A DNA stretch of 63,135 bases, counting the filler, from Sphingomonadaceae bacterium (GTDB lineage Bacteria > Chloroflexota > UBA6077), in NCBI GenBank assembly GCA_050261575.1. It is 3 parts of 3 records of this genome, joined end to end, with 100 filler letters (N's around TTAATTAATTAA, not from the genome) between each part and the next. Parts side by side here need not be neighbours in the genome. Positions count along the whole stretch, not along the records: positions 1 to 28,925 come from JBLNDL010000048.1; 2 more parts are not named here. One strand, written 5' to 3'. A program made the position numbers and the translations under genes. The notes under the pieces are model-generated. The model had not been told where the DNA came from. It was given only the letters and a program-made list of their open reading frames with translations, and made no database searches. Every line of letters starts with the position of its first letter. The stretch's first letter is position 1. Positions 10,579 through 20,502 of this stretch are shown here, in pieces.

Positions 10579-10648
10579 CCACTCAAGAGGACTGAGGACT
10601 CAGGGCTGAGCACTCAGAACCCACCACACCGAACCTACCCGCATCTCC

Positions 10649-11104
10649 TCACGCGAGCTGTCCCCGGGCGGCCATCAGCCGCCTCCTCTTCTCTGCCAGC
10701 AGCCGCCGGTGCTGCTGCCGAAGCTGGGGATCGAACACGTGAAGGTTGATCTTGACCGCGGCGACCAGGTCCTCGGGGTAGAACGGCTTCGTCATATACT
10801 CCACTGCACCCGTCTCCAGCCCCCTCAACACGTCCTCATCGCTGACACGGGCAGTCAGCATGATCACCGGAATGCCAGATAGATCGGGATCCGCCTCGAT
10901 CTGCTCCAGCACGTCCCATCCATCCATCTCGGGCATCAATATGTCCAGCACAACCAGGTCGGGCATCTCCTCCCTGACCTTCTTCAGGGCATCCATTCCA
11001 TCGTATGCCTCGATGACGGTGAAGCCATGCCCTTCCAAGTTGGCCTTGGCTATGTCCACTATACCTGGCTCGTCGTCCACAACGAGAATGCGGCTCTTAC
11101 TCAT
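10649..11104 (-). CDS. Response regulator receiver protein
   Basis: VVDDE, LDILMPEMDG, MLTA, TKPF. Confidence 0.92.
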   Translation of the reverse strand: MSKSRILVVDDEPGIVDIAKANLEGHGFTVIEAYDGMDALKKVREEMPDLVVLDILMPEMDGWDVLEQIEADPDLSGIPVIMLTARVSDEDVLRGLETGAVEYMTKPFYPEDLVAAVKINLHVFDPQLRQQHRRLLAEKRRRLMAARGQLA

Positions 11105-14100
11105 CGCTGTCCCCTTCTCCTGGCTTCGGGCGCGGGGAGCGATCGCCGGCCTTCGCCGAAGACCGAGACTGGGTCAAGGGCAGGACGAACGCGAAGGTGC
11201 TGCCCTCCCCCAGGACGCTCTCTGCCCAGATGCGCCCCCCGTGTGCCTCAACGATGTTGCGGCAGATGTAGAGTCCAAGCCCGCTGCCCGGGGTTCTCTT
11301 GCTCAGACCACCCTCCACCCGATAGAACTTGTCGAATACCTTGGGAAGGTGCTGAACCGCAATCCCGACACCTTCATCCCGGACGCGAACTTCCACCTCC
11401 GAGGATCGCTTCTCCACTTTCACCGTGATGGTCTTGCCCATCGGGGAGTACTTGATGGCGTTGCCCAGCAGGTTGTCCATCACCAGCTCTAGCTGCACGC
11501 GGTCGCCCTCGAGCCTGACCGGTCGACGCGGCAGCATGAGATCGATCTCCCGGTTCTTCGCCGATGCCCTCGCGGTCGACACCGCCACCGACACGAGATG
11601 GGAGAGATCGACCTGCTGGGCGGAGATGCGCAACAGTCCCGACTCGATCCGGGAAACGCTGAGCAGGTTCTCGATTAGCCTCGCCAGCCGGTCCGCCGCC
11701 CCGTCGATCCCCATCAGGAACCGCTGCACCGTGGGCTGATCCAGGGAGAGCTGCGGGTTGAGCAGCGTCGAGGCGTAGCCCTTGATGAGGCCCAGCGGGG
11801 TACGGAGTTCGTGAGAGACCATCGACACGAACTCCGATTTCATCCGGTCGACCTCTCGCAGCTTGCTGATGTCGCGGGCTATCACCACCCCCAATCCCTC
11901 CCCCCTCGCCTCGGAGCGCACGAAGGAGTAGCTGGCGGCCACGTCCCGTTCCGTGCCGTCCTTGGTCTGCACCACGGTCTCGAAGTAGGGCACCGGCTGC
12001 CGTTTCTCGATCGCCTCCTGCATCGACATGAAGGGCTTGGAGCTGTCACCCCCACCGGGAGGCGAACTGAACAGGAAGTGCTCGGCACGGCTCCCCACCA
12101 GTTCGTCGGCCCGCCATCCCAACAGCGCCTCGGCCGCGGCGTTGACTCGAGTCACTCGGTTCTCTTGATCCACGATCATGATGGCATCGGAAGTGTTGCT
12201 GATGATGGCATCCAGTTCGTCACGCTCCCGGTCGACGCGCTGGTACAGAATGGCGTTCTGCACGATAACCGCCGCGTTCGCCGAGAGGATGGTGAGCAAC
12301 CGCAGGTCGTCCTCGTTGAAGGGCCACTCTGGCCTCTCGCTCACCAGGACCGCGCCTATCAGCCGATCCTGCGCCCTCAGCGGCGCCACCAGCGACGGCT
12401 GCTTCGTCCATTCCCCTTCGCAGGTCACCGACAGTCCGTCCACCGCCCGGATCGGGGAGGGCCGCTCGCTCTTCGCCCCACGCGACTCTCGCAGCCGGAG
12501 CCTCACCTCCGACAGCTCCCCGGGGCTGAACCCGAAGGCCGGGTACTGGGGCGTCAACTCTCCATCCTCCCCCGCCAGCAGCAGCATGCACCTCTCCGCC
12601 TGCAGCAGTTGAGCGATGGACTTGGTCAGCTCTCGATAGGTGTCATCCAGGTTGGTCAGCGTGGCTACGCTCTGGGAAACCTCCGCCAATCCGGTAAGCT
12701 CCCGAACCCTCTCCTGAAGCGACGTGAAGAGTTGGGCGTTCCTGATCGCGATGGCAGCCTGATGGGCGAAGGAGGAGAGCAACTCCACGTCGGCCTGGCT
12801 GAACTGGTCCACCCGACTGCCGAAGACGGAGAGAACCCCGATCGGCTTGGCGTGCAGCATCAGTGGGACCCCTAGATAGGAGCGGAGATCCTCGACCCCC
12901 GCCTCCTTCATCCAGCCGGTGCGATCGACGGCGGAGAGGTCCGCTACCAGCTTGGGCACCCCCTCCTTCACCACCTGCCAGCTTCCCCCCATCCCTGCGA
13001 TGCGCCTCGCCCCCTGTCCGGCATCGGCAGGAAGTCCCCTGGACGCCCTCGTCACCAACTCTCCGTCCGGCTCGTCCAGCAACAGGATCGCGCATGCCTT
13101 GGCCCGCACCATCTCCGCCGCCAGGTCCACGATGATCTGCAGCGTCTGATTGGGGTCGAGGCCGGTGGCAAGGGCGTCACCGACCCGATGGAACGAGGCC
13201 AGCAGCTCGCGACCCTTCTTCTGGGTCTCCTGGTACAGCCTGGCGTTCTCGAACTCGATGGCCGCCTCGTTGGCGAAGATGTCCAACAGCCGCAGATCGT
13301 CCGGTGAGAACTGGCTCAACCCCAGTCGCGAAAGGGTGATCACCCCGATCACCCGTCCCTCGAAGTTGATTGGGGAGGCGATCATCGACTCGTCGAGCAC
13401 CGGGGTTCCGGGCACGTGGTAGGCCCTGGCATCCCGCTCCACGTCTCCCACGATCTGAGGCTTTCCGTGAGCCGCCACCCACCCAGTTATCCCCTGCCCC
13501 ACCTCGATCTTCAGGTCCTCCATCTTCTCGATCCAGTAGTCGCGGCTGGAACTCACAACCGCCAGAGGCACCAGCTCGTTGGTGTCCTCTTGGAGCACGA
13601 AGACCCGGCAGTTGTCGTACCGGATCAGGTTCCGCAGCTCGTCGGCGACGATGTTGGCGATGGAAGACACGCTCTTGGAACGGCTCAGCTTCGACATGAT
13701 CGCCTGAAGCCGCTCCAACTGACTGCTCCACTCCTCCACCTCTCGGTACAGCCGGGCGTTCTGGATGGCGATGGCGGCCTGGTTCGCGATGGCCATCGCC
13801 GTCTCGATCTCGCTTAGTGAGTACCGGTGGTGGAATCCCACGTGGTTGACGAAGAGGGTGCCCTGCACCTGCCCCTTGGCGATCACCGGGAGCACCAGGA
13901 TCGTCTTGTCGTTGAAGAAGCGGACGGCGTCCTTATCGGTTCTAGGATCGTTTGGGGCGTCGGACACCAGAACCGGCTTCTCCGTCTTGATGGCCTCCTT
14001 GGAGAGGGGCTCGGCATCAAGCGACAGGGGATACTGCTTCCACTGGCGCACGAACTCGGCAGGCATGCCGGTCAGCGCCGACGGCAGGAGGGTATTGCCA

Positions 14101-14810
14101 TCCTTGTCCAGCAGCCACAGCCCGCACCGGTCGGCCCCGACCAGCCGCGCCGTGCTCTCGGTCACCAATGAGAGCACCTCTTCGAGTTGCAGGGTCGACC
14201 CAGCCGTCCTGGCGACCTCCAGCAGCGCCATGGAGGCCCTCTCCCGCCGCCGCTGGCCGTCGACGACCCGAAGTCCGGCGGAGACGGCTTCGGCGAAGCC
14301 TCCAACCAGCGTGGCTGTCCCCGCGGCCATCCCATCCAGCCCACCGCCCAGCACCATCAGGGCTCCAGGCTCCTCGCCGCCCAAGGAGATGGGCCAGGCC
14401 AACCCTGACAGCACCTCGCCTTTGGATCCAAGCGGGATCTCCAGTCGCACAGGGCGACCGGCTCGCTCGCCCCGGCCGGCGACCTCTCTCCTCACCCCGG
14501 CGGCCGCCTCGACGAGGCTGCCCCCCACCCCTTTGCGGGCCATCGCAGGCGTCAGGGCGCAGAGGATGGCGGCCCGGGTGCGGTCCTGGGGATCCAGCAT
14601 CAAGGAGGCCGGCAGGATCGCCGCCACGGGGGAGTTGCCCAGCACCTCCGCCAGGCTGAGCAGCAGGGGGGAGACGATCTCCGCCACGTCATCGGGCACC
14701 GGGGGCGAGCCCGGTGTCCGGTGTACCTCTAGGATACGTTCGGGCAGGGCGGAGGAATCGGCTCCATCCGCCAACGGCGGAGATTTGCGATGTGAGCCAG
14801 CGTGAAGCAT
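11097..14810 (-). CDS. Multi-GAF/PAS sensor histidine kinase
   Basis: Repeated GAF ends (QAAIAIQNARLY, EAAIEFENARLY, QAAIAIRNAQLF, NAAVIVQNAILY), PAS, SHELRTPL H-box, NLLGNAIKY, DEGVGI, GSGLGL. Start uncertain. Confidence 0.9.
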   Translation of the reverse strand: MLHAGSHRKSPPLADGADSSALPERILEVHRTPGSPPVPDDVAEIVSPLLLSLAEVLGNSPVAAILPASLMLDPQDRTRAAILCALTPAMARKGVGGSLVEAAAGVRREVAGRGERAGRPVRLEIPLGSKGEVLSGLAWPISLGGEEPGALMVLGGGLDGMAAGTATLVGGFAEAVSAGLRVVDGQRRRERASMALLEVARTAGSTLQLEEVLSLVTESTARLVGADRCGLWLLDKDGNTLLPSALTGMPAEFVRQWKQYPLSLDAEPLSKEAIKTEKPVLVSDAPNDPRTDKDAVRFFNDKTILVLPVIAKGQVQGTLFVNHVGFHHRYSLSEIETAMAIANQAAIAIQNARLYREVEEWSSQLERLQAIMSKLSRSKSVSSIANIVADELRNLIRYDNCRVFVLQEDTNELVPLAVVSSSRDYWIEKMEDLKIEVGQGITGWVAAHGKPQIVGDVERDARAYHVPGTPVLDESMIASPINFEGRVIGVITLSRLGLSQFSPDDLRLLDIFANEAAIEFENARLYQETQKKGRELLASFHRVGDALATGLDPNQTLQIIVDLAAEMVRAKACAILLLDEPDGELVTRASRGLPADAGQGARRIAGMGGSWQVVKEGVPKLVADLSAVDRTGWMKEAGVEDLRSYLGVPLMLHAKPIGVLSVFGSRVDQFSQADVELLSSFAHQAAIAIRNAQLFTSLQERVRELTGLAEVSQSVATLTNLDDTYRELTKSIAQLLQAERCMLLLAGEDGELTPQYPAFGFSPGELSEVRLRLRESRGAKSERPSPIRAVDGLSVTCEGEWTKQPSLVAPLRAQDRLIGAVLVSERPEWPFNEDDLRLLTILSANAAVIVQNAILYQRVDRERDELDAIISNTSDAIMIVDQENRVTRVNAAAEALLGWRADELVGSRAEHFLFSSPPGGGDSSKPFMSMQEAIEKRQPVPYFETVVQTKDGTERDVAASYSFVRSEARGEGLGVVIARDISKLREVDRMKSEFVSMVSHELRTPLGLIKGYASTLLNPQLSLDQPTVQRFLMGIDGAADRLARLIENLLSVSRIESGLLRISAQQVDLSHLVSVAVSTARASAKNREIDLMLPRRPVRLEGDRVQLELVMDNLLGNAIKYSPMGKTITVKVEKRSSEVEVRVRDEGVGIAVQHLPKVFDKFYRVEGGLSKRTPGSGLGLYICRNIVEAHGGRIWAESVLGEGSTFAFVLPLTQSRSSAKAGDRSPRPKPGEGDSDE

Positions 14811-14958
14811 CGATCCTCCCAGGGCTGCCCGATGGCGTTCTCTTCAGGGGACTTCCTTATTCGAACCCGCAGCAAGACACCGCGGATCCGGCGACGCAGG
14901 GTAGTCGGGACCAGGAGCCGCACAAACCGTACCATCCTCACTGCCTCACGATCCACGA

Positions 14959-17900
14959 TCACACCCTCTCCAGCAGCGCCACGGGGAAGGCCGCCAGCAC
15001 GGAGGAGGCAGGGAGCCCCGCGCCACCGCCCTCCAGCGGCGCCACCTCAACGACCTCCCCAGTGAAGACGTTCCGGTAGCTCGTGCCGGCCTCTCCGGCG
15101 GGCAGCCTCACGCCGCCGTCCCCCCACAGCTCGGCTCCCACGGGCGGGATCAACTGCCCCCTGGTCAGCCGAGCCACCAGCCTAGGCACCACCGCCACCA
15201 CCATCCGCGAGCCCTTCCCCCGAGCGAAGGCAACCAGGTGCTCGCCCTGCCGGCCCGCAGTCTGAAGTGGCAGGTAGTCACCTTCCAGGAAGACGTCCGG
15301 GTGCTCACGGCGGTAGCTGAGCCCCAGGTGGACCACGTACATCTTGATCCTGCCGTCCTCCTTGGAGTCCAGCAGCTCCCTCGCCAATTCCAGCCGATCC
15401 TGCCCGAGTGAGGCGATACGATCCCTAAGGCCATACAGCATCCTCTCTCGAAGCTCGTAGTCCACCGGCCGGCGGTTGTCCGGATCCACCAGGCTGAAGT
15501 CCCACAGCTCCGTGCCCTGGTAGAGGTCCGGAACCCCGGGGGAGGCGATCTTCAGCAGGGTCTGCGAGAGGGAGTTGAAAACCCCGTAGTGGGCTACCTT
15601 CTCCTGCAGTCGCCGGAAGTCCTTCAGGAAGGGGTTGGCGTGAACCCGGTCGAGGATGGAGTGGACGAAGTCCCGCATCGCCTCCTCGTACGCCAGGTTG
15701 GGGCTCACCCAACTCGTGTTCACCCTGGCCTCCTTGATGGCCTTCACCATGTGGGCCTGGATTCGCTCGACGAAGATCCGGTACCCGGCCTCCTCCATCG
15801 GCTCTAGCGGCCAGGCCCCTAGGAGGGTCTGGTAGAGGTAGTACTCCTCGTTACGACACGGGACCTCCCGTCCCTGGAGCGTCGCCTTCCTCTTTCGGTT
15901 GAGGCGGCTCCAATGGGTGACGGCGGCCTTCCACTCCCGAGGCAGCTCCGACAGCACGTCGATGCGGGCCCGCACGTCCTCGCTGCGTTTCGTGTCGTGG
16001 GTGGAAGTAGCAAGCAGCGAGTAGGGCCACCACCTCCGACGCTCGGCGTTCTGCCGGTGAAACTCGGAGACCTCCGTCCCAAACTGCCCCGGATCGCCCC
16101 CGACCTCGTTGATGGACAGGAGGCGGTTGTGTACGTAGAACGCGGTGTCCTCCACCGCCTTCGCCATCACCGGTCCCGTGGTCTGCTGGAACTTTCGAAC
16201 GAAGTCTAGCAGCTCGGTCTGCTCCTCCTCCCCGATGCCCTCTGGCCACCGAAGCAGCAGAGTGTCCCTGACGAAATCAAACACCGCCGGAGCGGTGCTC
16301 GCGTTCCTCTTCCTGGCTTCCTCGACAGCCTCTTCTATGTAGGCTCGGTCCCTGGCGTCGACCCCACGGACTTCGTCTCCAATGTAGGTGCGATAGACCG
16401 GGAGGCAGGCAACCACCTCCCGCAGCGCGAGGGTGAGGCTGTTCAGGGTGAAGTCCCGGTACTTCCGGTATCGGCCAGCGATCCGCTTCAACTGGTAGCC
16501 CAGCATGTTGATCTCGCTCGCCAAAGACACCAGCATGATCATCTTCTTGCAAGAGTACACGAGCTGCCGCTGGTCCGTATCCCTCCCAGTGAAGCGTCTG
16601 TAGAGGAGATCGAACGCCTCGCTGGAGCTGCCATCGACGAAGATGCCGTTCACGGCGTTGGCGAACTCGTACCCGGTGGTGCCGTGGACGGCCCATTGGC
16701 GGGGAAGATCCTCGCCGTTGCTCAAGATCTTCTCAGCCACGATGTAGAGTGGCTTGGGCGGTGAGGAGTTGCCTCCATCCCCGATTTCCCGCCCCAACCT
16801 CCCCGCCAGGGCCTCCCTCATGGCGGGCCACCGATCCTCGGTGGGCTCACCCGCCTCGGCCAGGAGGGCCATGCTCAACTCCCGCAGGTAGCCCTCCTGA
16901 AGCCTTGCGAAGTAGACCGCCGGGTCCCACAACCCATCTGGGTGGTCTATCCTCAACCCCGTGACCTTCCCCTCCCGCAGCAGTTCCATCACCAGCCGAT
17001 GGGATTCCTCGAACACCTGCGGGTCCTCCTGGCGAAGCGCCACGAGGTCGTTCACCTCGAAGAAGCGCCGGTAGTTGATCTCCTCGGCGGCCACCTGCCA
17101 GTGGGCCAGCCGGTAGGGCTGCTGCTCCAGCAACTCGTCCAGCCGGTCGAAGCTGGAAGCATCCCCCGGCACCCCTCGGTAGGCATCCAGCGCCCAGGCG
17201 ATGGCCTCCCTTACGGGCTCGGAGTCGTCGTGGAGTTCCCTCAAGCGCCGCTTGATCACCTCCTTCTCCCGCTGTCGCTCCATCACCCTCTCGGGGGAGT
17301 CCTCGGTGCGGTCGGGCAGGTGAGCGAGCGCCGTGATTATGCTCTGAAGCTCCAGCAGATGCTCGTCCTCGAGATCCGTCCGCTCCACCAGTCCTGCCTC
17401 GCATAGCTGCAGGATCCCGACGTAGCTCTTGGGATCGACCGGAAGCCTGTGCTGGTAGTAGCCGACGAAGAAAGCCCCGTCCTCGTAGGCCAGCGCCAAC
17501 TCCTGGTTCTCCAGGACTGTGCCGTAGGCGTCCCCCAGGATGGGCAGGAGCACTCTGTTCTCCAAGTGGGTGTCGCTCCGGAGGGGATGCCAGTCGATGT
17601 CGAAGAATGCAGCATAAGGAGAGCTGGGGCCGTTCTCTAGTACGTCCATCCACTTGGCGTTGCTGGTCTCGCAGCCACTCATGTGGTTTGGCACGACGTC
17701 CAGGATCTGCCCCATCCCGTGCTTCTTCAGCTCGGCAACGAAGGCTTCGTACTCCTCGGAGCCACCCAGGTCAGGGTTCAGCATGCCGTGGTCGCAGATG
17801 TCGTAGCCGTGAGGGCTTCCGGGCCGCGCCCGCAGGTAGGGAGAGGAGTAGCAGTCGGTCACACCCAGGGAGTGCAGGTATGGAACCAGGGAGCGGGCGT

Positions 17901-18018
17901 CATCGAAGGTGAAATCCAGGTTGAACTGTAGCCGGTAGGTGGAAACGGGCAGCCTCCGGTGAGACCGGAGCCGCTCCATCACGGCGTCCACCAACCCCTT
18001 GCCGGCACCCTGCCGCAT
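14959..18018 (-). CDS. treY: Malto-oligosyltrehalose synthase
   Basis: [61 protein letters not shown]. Confidence 0.95.
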   Translation of the reverse strand: MRQGAGKGLVDAVMERLRSHRRLPVSTYRLQFNLDFTFDDARSLVPYLHSLGVTDCYSSPYLRARPGSPHGYDICDHGMLNPDLGGSEEYEAFVAELKKHGMGQILDVVPNHMSGCETSNAKWMDVLENGPSSPYAAFFDIDWHPLRSDTHLENRVLLPILGDAYGTVLENQELALAYEDGAFFVGYYQHRLPVDPKSYVGILQLCEAGLVERTDLEDEHLLELQSIITALAHLPDRTEDSPERVMERQREKEVIKRRLRELHDDSEPVREAIAWALDAYRGVPGDASSFDRLDELLEQQPYRLAHWQVAAEEINYRRFFEVNDLVALRQEDPQVFEESHRLVMELLREGKVTGLRIDHPDGLWDPAVYFARLQEGYLRELSMALLAEAGEPTEDRWPAMREALAGRLGREIGDGGNSSPPKPLYIVAEKILSNGEDLPRQWAVHGTTGYEFANAVNGIFVDGSSSEAFDLLYRRFTGRDTDQRQLVYSCKKMIMLVSLASEINMLGYQLKRIAGRYRKYRDFTLNSLTLALREVVACLPVYRTYIGDEVRGVDARDRAYIEEAVEEARKRNASTAPAVFDFVRDTLLLRWPEGIGEEEQTELLDFVRKFQQTTGPVMAKAVEDTAFYVHNRLLSINEVGGDPGQFGTEVSEFHRQNAERRRWWPYSLLATSTHDTKRSEDVRARIDVLSELPREWKAAVTHWSRLNRKRKATLQGREVPCRNEEYYLYQTLLGAWPLEPMEEAGYRIFVERIQAHMVKAIKEARVNTSWVSPNLAYEEAMRDFVHSILDRVHANPFLKDFRRLQEKVAHYGVFNSLSQTLLKIASPGVPDLYQGTELWDFSLVDPDNRRPVDYELRERMLYGLRDRIASLGQDRLELARELLDSKEDGRIKMYVVHLGLSYRREHPDVFLEGDYLPLQTAGRQGEHLVAFARGKGSRMVVAVVPRLVARLTRGQLIPPVGAELWGDGGVRLPAGEAGTSYRNVFTGEVVEVAPLEGGGAGLPASSVLAAFPVALLERV

Positions 18019-18041
18019 TCGCCGATCCTCCCTGTTAGCGG

Positions 18042-18330
18042 TTACCCCTCCTCAATCACCCGACGGTGGGTGAAGAGGACCATCGACGTGGCCCCGAAGC
18101 TGCATGGCGAGCCATCCCGGAGACTTCGCCGGTCGTCCCCAACCTCCAGGCCAGCGCGAGTCCGCTCTCTGCCGCCACCGCACCCCCTGGAAACCCGATC
18201 GGAAGGGTGAAGAGTTGAGGCCCGCGACCGGCGTTATCGACGGGGGCAGCGGGTCGCTGGCACCGGACAGCCCCCGATCGTCCATTCGTCCGGCCCATCG
18301 CCAGCAAACTGCATACCTAGGTGGCTCCAG
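18042..18330 (-). pseudogene. Probable decayed C-terminal remnant of glycogen debranching enzyme (GlgX/TreX)
   Basis: Fragments in different frames (LGMQFAGDGPDE; NAGRGPQLFTLP; GVRWRQRADSRWPGG; GATSMVLFTHRR*) resemble, from memory, the GlgX C-terminal pattern; it lies directly upstream of treY. Confidence 0.45.
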
Positions 18331-18462
18331 ACGAGCATGGCTCGTGAGGGCCACGAGGCCCGTTCTTTGCAGCAGGCCCCGTCCCGAAATGGGGTGGCGC
18401 AGAGCATGCACCCTGTCACCATCGGAGCAAGTTAGACACCAACTGCCGCGCAGAGGGTCGAC

Positions 18463-20460
18463 ATGACAGCCGACGACAGCCGAAGGCGCGTCGTCATCGA
18501 GAGAGTGAGTCCCGAGATAGACTGCGGCCGCTTCCCGATCAAGCGGGTGGTAGGCGAGAGTGTCATCGTGGAGGCCGATGTCTTCGCCGATGGCCACGAT
18601 GCGATCTCCTGCCTGCTTCTCTATCGAAGGGCAGAGACCCAGGAGTGGTCCGAGTCTCCCATGCAGCCGCTGGGCAACGATCGCTGGCAGGGGGAGTTCG
18701 TCGTGGCCGAGATGGGTGACTTCCGTTACACCATTCAGGGCTGGGTGGACCACTTCGAGACCTGGCGGCGGGCCCTGGCGAAGAAGGCGGAGGCGGGCCA
18801 GGAGGTGTCCGGCGACCTGCTCGTGGGCGCACGGCTCGTGGATGAAGCGGCCGCGCGCGCCTCGGATGCCGACGCTGCAGCCCTCCGGCGCTACGCGGCG
18901 ATACTGAGTCAGCCCGACGGACTGGGGGTGCAGGAGGGGATTCGGGCGGCCCTGGAGGGAGAGCTCGCCGGGCTGATGGCCCGCCACCCCGACCGGCGCT
19001 TCGCCACCACCTACGGACGAGAGTTGGCGGTGACAGTCGATCGCGAGAGGGCTCGCTTCGGTAGCTGGTACGAGATGTTCCCCCGCTCCTGCACCTCCAC
19101 CCAGGAGCACCACGGCACCTTTAGGGACTGCGAGGCTCGTCTCCCCTACGTCGCCGCAATGGGGTTCGACGTGCTCTACCTTCCACCCATCCACCCAATC
19201 GGCATCACCCACAGGAAGGGGAAGAACAACGCCCCGGCGGCAGGGCCGGAGGACGCGGGTAGCCCTTGGGCCATCGGCGCACCATCCGGAGGGCACAAGT
19301 CCATCCACCCGGAGTTGGGAACGCTGGAGGACTTCCACCGGCTGGTGAACGCCGCTCGAGAGTGGGGGATCGAGATCGCCCTGGACGTGGCGTTCCAGGC
19401 CTCACCCGATCACCCCTACGTGTCGGAGCACCCGGAGTGGTTCCGCCATCGCCCAGATGGCACCATCCAGCACGCAGAGAACCCCCCCAAGAAGTACGAG
19501 GATATCGTCCCCTTCGACTTCGAGACCGGGCACTGGCGCGAATTGTGGGAGGAGTTGAAGAGCATCGTGCTCTTCTGGATCGAGCAAGGGGTCCACATCT
19601 TCCGGGTAGACAATCCCCACACCAAGCCCTTCCCCTTCTGGGAATGGCTGATCGCGGAGGTCAAGAGGGACCACCCCGAGGTGATCTTCCTGTCGGAGGC
19701 CTTCACGCGCCCGAAGGTGATGTACCGGCTGGCAAAGCTGGGCTTCACCCAGTCCTACACCTACTTCGCCTGGCGGAACACCAAGTGGGACCTCACCCAG
19801 TACTTCACCGAGCTCACTCAGACCGAGGTCAGGGAATACTTCCGGCCAAACCTCTGGCCCAACACCCCCGACATCCTGACGGAATACCTGCAGTACGGGG
19901 GACGGCCGGCCTTCGTGGTCCGGCTGGTGCTGGCGGCGACCCTGGGCGCCAACTACGGGATCTACGGCCCGGCCTTCGAGCTGATGGAGAGTCGGCCCCG
20001 AGAGCCGGGAAGCGAGGAGTACCAGGACTCCGAAAAATACCAGATCAGGGTGTGGGACCCGGACAGGCCAGACAGCCTTCGGGGCCTCGTCGCTCGGGTC
20101 AACCGCATCCGCAGGGAGAACCCGGCGCTGCAGGGCGATTGGAGTCTGCGATTTCACCCCGTGGATAACGACCTGATCATCTGCTACAGCAAGCGTGCGG
20201 AGAGTCCGGGCCACGTCATCGTGGTGGTCGTAAACCTGGATCCCCACCACACCCAGTCGGGATGGCTGGACCTGCCCATCGAGTCCCTCGGACTGGACCC
20301 GTCGCAGCCCTACCAGGTTCACGACCTGCTGGGGGGCGAGCGCTTCCTCTGGCACGGCTCCCGGAACTACGTCGAACTCGACCCATACGTCGTGCCGGCA
20401 CACATCTTCCGTGTTCGGCGGAAGGTACGCAGCGAGCGGGAGTTCGAGTACTACCAGTGA
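18463..20460 (+). CDS. glgE: Alpha-1,4-glucan:maltose-1-phosphate maltosyltransferase
   Basis: WYEMFPRS, YLPPIHPIG, ENPPKKYEDI, FRVDNPHTKP, LSEAFTRP, NTPDIL. Confidence 0.96.
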   Translation: MTADDSRRRVVIERVSPEIDCGRFPIKRVVGESVIVEADVFADGHDAISCLLLYRRAETQEWSESPMQPLGNDRWQGEFVVAEMGDFRYTIQGWVDHFETWRRALAKKAEAGQEVSGDLLVGARLVDEAAARASDADAAALRRYAAILSQPDGLGVQEGIRAALEGELAGLMARHPDRRFATTYGRELAVTVDRERARFGSWYEMFPRSCTSTQEHHGTFRDCEARLPYVAAMGFDVLYLPPIHPIGITHRKGKNNAPAAGPEDAGSPWAIGAPSGGHKSIHPELGTLEDFHRLVNAAREWGIEIALDVAFQASPDHPYVSEHPEWFRHRPDGTIQHAENPPKKYEDIVPFDFETGHWRELWEELKSIVLFWIEQGVHIFRVDNPHTKPFPFWEWLIAEVKRDHPEVIFLSEAFTRPKVMYRLAKLGFTQSYTYFAWRNTKWDLTQYFTELTQTEVREYFRPNLWPNTPDILTEYLQYGGRPAFVVRLVLAATLGANYGIYGPAFELMESRPREPGSEEYQDSEKYQIRVWDPDRPDSLRGLVARVNRIRRENPALQGDWSLRFHPVDNDLIICYSKRAESPGHVIVVVVNLDPHHTQSGWLDLPIESLGLDPSQPYQVHDLLGGERFLWHGSRNYVELDPYVVPAHIFRVRRKVRSEREFEYYQ

Positions 20461-20502
20461 CCGGGGATGCGGGAGACTCACTTTGCTTAGGGGTTCTCTG
20501 AG

